From assembly GCA_030603565.1 (NCBI GenBank), contig JAUVXM010000007.1, positions 176 through 64,175 of the forward strand: DNA of 64,000 bases, in the 5' to 3' direction. The notes under the pieces were generated by a model. That model was not told where the DNA came from. It did not search any database and saw nothing but the letters and a program-made list of their open reading frames with translations. Shown here one piece after another: positions 57,473 to 64,000 of this stretch. Position 1 is the first letter of the stretch, and the number at the start of each line of letters is the position of its first letter. This DNA comes from Candidatus Aminicenantes bacterium (lineage in GTDB: Bacteria > Acidobacteriota > Aminicenantia > Aminicenantales > Aminicenantaceae). Made by a program: the position numbers and the translations under genes.

Positions 57473-58405
57473 CTAAATTTCCTCCCTGATTATATTGATG
57501 TTAGCTGGGGAAGCATTTCCCAGTTCCATTTTTTCAGCGGTTTTTAAATATACCGGTTCTCGACCTTCTTCCTTTAAAGTCGGTAGTCCTTTTGCAGAGC
57601 GTAATTCTTCGATGATCTGCCAGGAGGTAAAGTCTGCTGCTACAGGATCAAGGCTAAAAATGAGGGCCCCGTATTCTGTTGCCCATTGTGAGTGATAAGC
57701 CGGTCCGCGGTGGTATTGGATGAGCAGGGCATCCAAGATAGAGATCCTGTGTTTTTTCCAGATAGAATCGGCAGAAAACAGTTCGGCGATATAGGGATTA
57801 CAATTGGAATCATGGTATTTATTAGGATTATGTATTGCGCCAAAATAATTTTTCAGACCGGCTGTTACTCCTGCCAGGCCGTGGTCTTTTACAATCGCCA
57901 AGCTTATAGAGGCAGTGACTATTCTTGACTGGATGCTGGAGAAGCGGCTGCCGATATTAAGATGTGATGTCAGGTCCTGCTCATAACCTAATCCCCTGGA
58001 ATCTGTTCCAAAGATCTTAACGCCTTTTTTATTCATATTTAGACGATAGCCTGCGATTTTTAATTCCCGGTTAGTCCTATCCCAGATGATGATATTTTTC
58101 GAAGGAATACCGGATTCGATCAATAGAGATGTTAATACCTGCGGGACCTCAGGCCGGGTGGATAGGCTTTTGCCTCCAAGAGTATTGATCTTTATTCCGA
58201 TCCGGTCATCCGGTTTTAGCAGATTTCGTAAAAATATTTTATAATCGCCCTGTTTATCTAAAAGAGAAAAGCCGCGTTTAAACATGCGGATAAGGCTATT
58301 AAGATCTGGAATGCGGTTAGGGGAAAGAAAACCTTTTTTTCTTATAATAATCACTCTTGAATTGGCCATCAGATTAAAAGTACTATTCAATTGGGTAGTT
58401 GTCAA
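57473..58405 (-). CDS. DUF362-family protein
   Basis: SRVIIIRKKGF...RIGIKINTLGG...TRPEVPQVLTSLLIESGI pattern resembles DUF362 (VxIxRxxxY...IKPNL...THPxVVxAVVELL). Confidence 0.5.
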   Translation of the reverse strand: MTTTQLNSTFNLMANSRVIIIRKKGFLSPNRIPDLNSLIRMFKRGFSLLDKQGDYKIFLRNLLKPDDRIGIKINTLGGKSLSTRPEVPQVLTSLLIESGIPSKNIIIWDRTNRELKIAGYRLNMNKKGVKIFGTDSRGLGYEQDLTSHLNIGSRFSSIQSRIVTASISLAIVKDHGLAGVTAGLKNYFGAIHNPNKYHDSNCNPYIAELFSADSIWKKHRISILDALLIQYHRGPAYHSQWATEYGALIFSLDPVAADFTSWQIIEELRSAKGLPTLKEEGREPVYLKTAEKMELGNASPANINIIREEI

Positions 58406-58439
58406 TATATTGAATCACAGGATTCCCCTCTTTTTCCCT

Positions 58440-58469
58440 AGCTTTTGAGCATTAAGCAAGAATCAGGTC
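58440..58469. repeat. Solo TIR of family D element (AGCTTTTGAGCATTAAGCAAGAATCAGGT)
   Basis: Matches the right TIR at 12880-12910. Confidence 0.65.
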
Positions 58470-58545
58470 AGTTGGGAAATAAAGAGAAGGAAAAACAGGA
58501 AAGGCAGTGGAACCCAAATATTAGAAAAGATGAATTTTACGCTGA

Positions 58546-58604
58546 GGACGCGGATTAAAGCGGTAAAACATTAGACGCGGATTTTCGCGGATGGACGCGG
58601 ATAA
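58546..58604. repeat. Four spaced copies of GACGCGGAT / TCGCGGAT
   Basis: Direct reading. Confidence 0.5.
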
Positions 58605-58769
58605 GAATAAGAAGTTGTTTTCTTTTGCCGATGAATCGTCAAAACAAAACAACTGTTTTTCAATTCGCTCCGCGAATACTGGAGGAATAGGAAATAATAT
58701 CTATAGGAAAGACGGGAAAATAAAAAATGGAGAATGGCAAATTGAGAAAGGATCGATACTGGTAAATCC

Positions 58770-59166
58770 CGGAGAAAGCCCTGTCTTTCGAAGGGACTTA
58801 CCAGTATCCACCCAACCCAGCTTCCCATTTGCACGAAGCAGAGCCACACCTGAATTTCATCACTTGTAATATAAGTAGTGAATGTCTATAGTGATAATGA
58901 AACTTAATATTAACCTGGATTATTCACGAGTCGAGGTTGCCGCAGATGCGAGGCGCAGGGGATGAAGCTGTGGTATTTCACCGCGAATGCGCTGCAACAA
59001 AGTAGATGTGGTAAGATCGTCTCGCTTGTAGAGTAAAAAATGTCGATTACAAATAAAAATTATATCGAAAACGAAATGGTCAATTGTTGTATCTTAGGAA
59101 TCAATGTAAAATATTGATTTAAAAAGAGGTATCGTACATATAGAAATTTTTTATGAATAGTTCAGG
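58770..59166. repeat. Composite repeat block upstream of ORF 59181: family D fragment, family C fragment (58835-58860), A-core in minus orientation (58914-59047), conserved AT-rich spacer, right TIR (59140-59166) abutting the RBS
   Basis: Near-identical in organisation to 16361-16611. Confidence 0.85.
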
Positions 59167-59180
59167 TTAGGAGAAATCGG

Positions 59181-60089
59181 ATGAATCTAAGGCAAAGAAA
59201 AAAAATCAGCATAATATGTTCAGGATTGATTTTTGGGATATTTATGATTAATTCTATCGCTTTAAATGAAGGAAAGGAATTAAAACTGGATCAGCTTTTG
59301 CCTGATCTGGATGAATGGATTAAGATAGAAGAGAGTCAGACTTATTATCCGGAATCACTTTTTGAATATATAAATGGAGCAGCAGAAATTTACCTCTCTT
59401 ATGATTTTGAGGAATTGATTGTCTCCCAGTATGAGGAGCAAGAGACTAAGAGTAATGTTGCCATAGAAATCTATGATATGGGGGCAAATAATAATGCTTT
59501 TGGTATTTATAGTGCAGAACGTTATCCAAAAAGTAGTTTTTTAAACATCGGACTGCAAGGTTATATTGAGGAAGGGGCTTTGAATTTTCTTGCCGGAAAG
59601 TATTATATAAAGCTTCTCTGTTTTGATTGTAAGGAAAGCTCGGATGAGATACTGATAAAGTTTGCAGAAAAGATTGTAGTAAATATTGATGATAAGGGCC
59701 GATTTCCCCTGCCTTTAACAGCCTTCCCTTCTGAGGGCAGAATAAAAAACACAGAGAAATATATTAAACATAATTTCATGGGATATGCTTTTCTTCATGA
59801 TGGATATTCAGTTGTGTATGAAAATAATAATATGGAATTTGAGTGTTTTCTGATTGAGGGAGATAATCCGGATGATGCCCGGATAATGTTGAAAAAATTT
59901 CTGCAAGAAAAAAAAGAGATGGGGATTAAAGAAATCCTCTCGGGATACATGATCAGGGACCGTTACTATAAAAATATTTTTATAGCGCAGATTAATAATT
60001 ACATCTGTGGAGTTATTAAAATTGAAGATGGAATGGAAGAGGGCGGAAAGGATTATCTCGGAATGATAATTGATAATCTAAAGCAGTGA
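59181..60089 (+). CDS. Hypothetical protein with N-terminal signal/anchor helix; no recognisable motif
   Basis: An ORF with an RBS (AGGAG) directly after the TIR; an N-terminal hydrophobic segment. Confidence 0.4.
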   Translation: MNLRQRKKISIICSGLIFGIFMINSIALNEGKELKLDQLLPDLDEWIKIEESQTYYPESLFEYINGAAEIYLSYDFEELIVSQYEEQETKSNVAIEIYDMGANNNAFGIYSAERYPKSSFLNIGLQGYIEEGALNFLAGKYYIKLLCFDCKESSDEILIKFAEKIVVNIDDKGRFPLPLTAFPSEGRIKNTEKYIKHNFMGYAFLHDGYSVVYENNNMEFECFLIEGDNPDDARIMLKKFLQEKKEMGIKEILSGYMIRDRYYKNIFIAQINNYICGVIKIEDGMEEGGKDYLGMIIDNLKQ

Positions 60090-60129
60090 GGGAATTTAGA
60101 GCAAGTAGGTAACAGGCAGGAAAAATCAG

Positions 60130-60474
60130 TTAATCCATATTAGAGATAAAGGTCTTTAATCTAGCGAATTCCTTTTTTAATTCATCTAGTGTCTGTTGAG
60201 CTTTTTTTATATCTTTATCTTCTCCGGCTAATTCCATTTGAAGGGAAGCGTCTTTAAGAAAACTAAGGCTAAGGTTAGCCGCGGAGCCTTTCAAATAGTG
60301 GCCGGTTTCCTGAATAGCTGTAAAATTTTCCTCTTTAATAGCCTTCTTAAGTTCATCATATTTTGGAATAAAGTCTTCCATGTACATATCGATAAGCTCA
60401 TAGAGAAAATCCTTGTCTCCTCCGGTCCGTTCTAAGGCTGAGTCAAAATCTATGGTTTTTTTTCCCCCTGTCAT
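60130..60474 (-). CDS. Hpt (histidine phosphotransfer) domain protein
   Basis: HYLKGSAANLSL motif. Confidence 0.7.
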   Translation of the reverse strand: MTGGKKTIDFDSALERTGGDKDFLYELIDMYMEDFIPKYDELKKAIKEENFTAIQETGHYLKGSAANLSLSFLKDASLQMELAGEDKDIKKAQQTLDELKKEFARLKTFISNMD

Positions 60475-60494
60475 TTTTTCTCCTTTTTATTTGT

Positions 60495-61397
60495 TTAGCC
60501 TACGACTGTACAGTTACGTCCATTATTTTTTGCTTTATAAAGCGCCTCATCACTGATTTTTATTATCATTTTTGTTGAGCTGGCTTCAATGTTTTCAGTA
60601 GAAGTGCATCCCAGGCTCACAGTAAGTTGGAGAGGCCCGGCTGAGGTCTGAATGGATTTTTGAGAGATATTTATTCGGATGCGTTCTGCGATTTTTTTAA
60701 GGGATTTTATAGAATTGTGAGGGAGGATAATGATAAATTCTTCTCCGCCGTAGCGGCCGATTTTATCGTAGGCCCTCATTTTCGTTGTTATGCGGGAAAC
60801 AATTTCAACCAGCACTTCATCACCTACAGGGTGTCCATAGGTGTCGTTGACTTTTTTGAAATGGTCGAGGTCAAGCATAATAGTGCTTAAAGGTTGGTTT
60901 GTTCTCTGAGCGCGGTAGAATTCTTCATTTAAGATCCTCATGATCTCTCTTCGATTAAAGACTTTTGTGAGGCCATCATAAATAGCCTGCTTGTGGAGCT
61001 TTTCCAGAAGATCGATTATCCTTTTTCCTGTCTTTAAGCGGGCTTTTAATTCAATAGGATTAAATGGTTTAGTGAGATACTCATCAGCCCCAGCGGTAAG
61101 CCCTTTATTGATATCTTTTTGTTTGTTCTTGGCAGTTAGAAGAATTATATAAGTATATTTTCCGCTTTTATCATTGCGAATTTTACGACAAAGCTCAACT
61201 CCGGTAATTTCCGGCATCATCCAGTCCAAAAGAGCAATCCCTATCTCATTTTTTTCAAAGACTTGCCAGGCCTTTTTCCCATCAGGGACGACTAGAACAT
61301 CATACCCCCATCCTGTGATATGTTTTTTCAGTATTTTGCTTGAGATACGGTCGTCTTCAGCGATCAGAATTTTTACTTTGTTTTGTTTGCTTTTCAT
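60495..61397 (-). CDS. Response regulator with receiver domain plus GGDEF diguanylate cyclase domain
   Basis: KILIAEDD...LLDWMMPEITG...ADEYLTKPF receiver; RYGGEEFIIILP GGDEF. Confidence 0.85.
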   Translation of the reverse strand: MKSKQNKVKILIAEDDRISSKILKKHITGWGYDVLVVPDGKKAWQVFEKNEIGIALLDWMMPEITGVELCRKIRNDKSGKYTYIILLTAKNKQKDINKGLTAGADEYLTKPFNPIELKARLKTGKRIIDLLEKLHKQAIYDGLTKVFNRREIMRILNEEFYRAQRTNQPLSTIMLDLDHFKKVNDTYGHPVGDEVLVEIVSRITTKMRAYDKIGRYGGEEFIIILPHNSIKSLKKIAERIRINISQKSIQTSAGPLQLTVSLGCTSTENIEASSTKMIIKISDEALYKAKNNGRNCTVVG

Positions 61398-61408
61398 AGC
61401 TTGTTTAC

Positions 61409-63073
61409 CTACTTGTTTTTTTCCATAACTCCGGCAATTGCTTTTTTATGAGCGTTTTTAAGTTCGGAAACATCGATAAGGTTAAAGATAATTCCTGCAT
61501 ATTTGCTGTTGTCATAAACCGGCTGTAAACGGAGTATGACTTCCATATCACCCAAAGGCCTTTGCAGTTCAACTTCGGGTGTATTGGGATTATTTTTGAA
61601 TTTCCAGATTAGTTTTTTTACTTTATCTAAAATTTTTCCTTTATGAAAATCCCATATACTTTTCCCGATGATTTCCTGTCGCTTTTTTCCGACCAGATTA
61701 AGAAAATAGGCATTGACTTCAATGATTTTATCCTGAGCGTTGGCAAAGACGATGCCTTCATTCATACCCGAGATCATGGCGGAAAGTTTGGCTGTTTCTT
61801 GCTGAAGGTTTTCCTGATTGCGCTGGCGTTCGATTGCCATGGCGACTTGAGTGGAGATGAACTGGAGTAAATTCAGTTCTTTTTTGCCGAATTTAACCTC
61901 TTTATCATAGCTTTCTATAGTCAGAACTCCAATTACTTGTTTATTGATTATTAAGGGAACGCCAAGCCAGTCAACCCAGGGCTTTCCTAATAATTTTGCT
62001 TCCCCTTTATCTAAAATTTCTTTAAATTTTTGGGGAAAGGCATGTAAAGGTTTCCCTGTGCGTATGACCATCTCGGTCAGTCCTTCTCCATTTTTTCGGT
62101 CAGGTATGGATTTTTCATATTTACCGAAAATATAGGGAAAACTAACTGTATTTGAATCTCGGTCATAGATAGCAATGAAAAAATTATCAGCAGGCATTAT
62201 CTGCGAGATTATTTTATGAATAGCTGAAAAGAGCTCTTTAAAAGATTTAGTAGTATTAGTGGCTTCGGATATAGCATATTGAGCAGCTTGAGCCTCTTCG
62301 GATTCCTTTTTTTCTGTAATATCTTTCCCTGAGCTGAGAATTCCTATGATATTTCCTTTATCATTGTGAAGGAATGTATTATGCCAAGCCATGAGCCTTT
62401 CCTCTCCCTTTTTATTTACTATAGGATTGTCATAACTATTTACCTGTTTTAAGTCTCCTTTAAGCAGCTTTTTATAGACCTTTTTAACATCATTTTGAAT
62501 GCTTATAGGAAGGAAATTGTCGAACCAATTTTTCCCGATTATTTCCTTCTGTTTATAACCTAATATCTTACATCCCAGCCGGTTTATAAGGGTTACTTCA
62601 CCTTTAGTATTTAAGGAGACGATTATTACTCCGGCTATATCCAGGTACTTCTGGGCCCGGTCTCTTTCTGTTTGCAGGTCTTTTTCAATGTTTATCTCTT
62701 TAGTGATATCCCGGTAAATTCCATACATTGCCTCAAAGTTTCCGTCAATGATAATTGGGGAAGCAAGGACAGATACATTAATTGGTTTTCCCTTTTTTGT
62801 AAAACGGATTGTTTTGAATGAGATGTTTTTTCCATGAGCCACTTTTTTGGTAAAGGAAGCAGCTTTTTTCCGTTCTTTGGGTGAAGTTATCAATTCATCT
62901 AAGGGTTTTCCCAGGACTTCATTTTTTTTATAGTCGAATATTTCCAGAAAATGTTGGTTTGCCTGCAGGATTTTGCCTTTTTTATCGGCAATGACAATAC
63001 CTTCAAGGACATTTTCAAAGAGAGTATCAAGAAAAGTTTTATACCGTTTTGTCTTGTCTTTAATGTTTTTCAT
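61409..63073 (-). CDS. Multi-sensor protein (PAS-PAS-GAF-PAS) with no recognisable output domain
   Basis: Three PAS-like blocks (…VLEGIVIADKKGKILQANQ…, …GEVTLINRLGCKILGY…, …NEGIVFANAQDKIIEVNAY…) and a GAF-like block. There is no HisKA/HATPase or GGDEF/EAL motif. Confidence 0.65.
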   Translation of the reverse strand: MKNIKDKTKRYKTFLDTLFENVLEGIVIADKKGKILQANQHFLEIFDYKKNEVLGKPLDELITSPKERKKAASFTKKVAHGKNISFKTIRFTKKGKPINVSVLASPIIIDGNFEAMYGIYRDITKEINIEKDLQTERDRAQKYLDIAGVIIVSLNTKGEVTLINRLGCKILGYKQKEIIGKNWFDNFLPISIQNDVKKVYKKLLKGDLKQVNSYDNPIVNKKGEERLMAWHNTFLHNDKGNIIGILSSGKDITEKKESEEAQAAQYAISEATNTTKSFKELFSAIHKIISQIMPADNFFIAIYDRDSNTVSFPYIFGKYEKSIPDRKNGEGLTEMVIRTGKPLHAFPQKFKEILDKGEAKLLGKPWVDWLGVPLIINKQVIGVLTIESYDKEVKFGKKELNLLQFISTQVAMAIERQRNQENLQQETAKLSAMISGMNEGIVFANAQDKIIEVNAYFLNLVGKKRQEIIGKSIWDFHKGKILDKVKKLIWKFKNNPNTPEVELQRPLGDMEVILRLQPVYDNSKYAGIIFNLIDVSELKNAHKKAIAGVMEKNK

Positions 63074-63144
63074 GATTGCTTTTCCTTAAATCAGAACAAG
63101 CCTAACATATTCATAACAACAGGTATAAATGTTCAAATCATATT

Positions 63145-64000
63145 TCAATTGTTCTTATATTGCTCTTCCGGCTCTTTGATCACTGAACAGTTGCGTCCTT
63201 TGTTTTTTGCTTCGTACAGTGCTTTGTCACTGGTTTTGATGAGAATATCCGGGGAGGAATTTGGAGAATACTCAGAGGAGGTTGCGCCAACACTTATGGT
63301 CACTTCCAATTGGCCGGATTCTATGGCGATTTTTTTTGCATTGATAACCCGGCGAAAGCGTTCAGCGATATGAGCTACATGTTCATGACAGCAAGGGTGA
63401 ACTACAGCTAAAAATTCGTCTCCACCGTAGCGGCCGATCTTGTCATATATTCGCAAGGAATTTTTTAACCGCTTGGCTACTTCCATCAGGACAAGGTCAC
63501 CGGTAATATGGCCGAAGTTGTCATTAACCTGCTTAAAGTTGTCAATATCGGCCCATATTACTCCGATTGAATTATTTTCCCGTAAACAACGTTCTGTTTC
63601 TTCATTTAAAATTTCGCGTATTTTATCTCTATTCCAGAGTTGAGTAAGATTATCTGTGTCTGCAATTTGGATCCTGTTGTTTTCCAGCTTAATGATGCGT
63701 TCACCATTTTTAAGCCGGACCTTAAGTTCGGAAAAACTGAAGGGTTTTGTAATGTAGTCATCTGCTCCGGCAGAGAGCCCCTTGATTATGTCGTCTTGAT
63801 TATCTCTTCCTGTTAGTAAAATTATATAAAGATAGCTGTCTTTTTTATCCAGCGGAGTATTTCTGATTTTTTTACAGAGATCAACTCCATTGACATAAGG
63901 CATTTCCCAGTCCAAAACTGCGATTCGAATGGGATCTTTATCTGTTTTTTTGGGATCTTTAACTTCCGGATTGAGAGCCTGCCAAGCATCTTTGCCGTTT
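63145..64000 (-). CDS. Response regulator receiver + GGDEF diguanylate cyclase (5' end beyond the window)
   Basis: IAVLDWEMPYVNG...ADDYITKPF receiver; RYGGDEFLAVV GGDEF. The reading frame stays open to the window edge, and the ORF-track 'M' at 63915 is a TTG. Confidence 0.8.
   Translation of the reverse strand, partial: NGKDAWQALNPEVKDPKKTDKDPIRIAVLDWEMPYVNGVDLCKKIRNTPLDKKDSYLYIILLTGRDNQDDIIKGLSAGADDYITKPFSFSELKVRLKNGERIIKLENNRIQIADTDNLTQLWNRDKIREILNEETERCLRENNSIGVIWADIDNFKQVNDNFGHITGDLVLMEVAKRLKNSLRIYDKIGRYGGDEFLAVVHPCCHEHVAHIAERFRRVINAKKIAIESGQLEVTISVGATSSEYSPNSSPDILIKTSDKALYEAKNKGRNCSVIKEPEEQYKNN

Noticed and set aside
58571-58869. ORFs 58571-58849(-) and 58591-58869(+)
   Set aside because: Both are embedded in the repeat-rich intergenic block (GACGCGGAT repeats, family D/C fragments). 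There is no RBS, and they overlap each other on opposite strands.

Overview
This is a low-GC (~40%) bacterial chromosomal segment. The gene content is that of an anaerobe and there are signs of a diderm envelope (beta-barrel OMPs, TAT and Sec signal peptides), but the lineage looks poorly characterised. Every call below rests on reading motifs in the ORF translations and on repeat structure seen directly in the DNA; I ran no database search.

Contents, left to right:
- A mobile-element remnant: an excisionase-type HTH protein plus a tyrosine integrase whose stop codon lies inside tRNA-Arg(CCG).
- A secreted papain-family protease with a cadherin-like domain, and a small OMP.
- Transketolase.
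- A secreted SNase-like nuclease.
- Two secreted VPS10/sortilin-like BNR beta-propeller paralogs flanking a GlcD-like FAD oxidase.
- A DHOD-like flavoprotein and an M14 carboxypeptidase.
- A long-form (Alu-domain) SRP RNA that is clearly recognisable.
- A DapA-family lyase, CobO, and serS followed by two tRNA-Ser.
- A UPF0210 protein and a GAF-GGDEF protein.
- Short-form metH, argS, and a gcvT-gcvH-gcvPA-gcvPB-glyQ-glyS cluster.
- A PilZ protein.
- A 14-gene minus-strand redox supercluster, hdrC-hdrB-korD-korA-korB-korG-hdrA-mvhD-flxC-flxB-flxA-sdhB/frdB-sdhA/frdA.
- A fused MFS/spermidine-synthase gene, a TAT-signal radical SAM gene, a DUF362 gene, and a c-di-GMP/Hpt signalling cluster at the right edge.

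The most unusual feature is how densely the intergenic space is occupied by several families of MITE-like or structured repeats (>=15 full or partial copies). Their terminal inverted repeat (CCTGAAyTATTCATAAAAAATGTCGAT) repeatedly supplies or abuts the stop codon of the upstream gene, and its mirror end abuts the Shine-Dalgarno of the downstream gene.

No CRISPR array, cas gene, reverse transcriptase or obvious toxin-antitoxin pair was seen.
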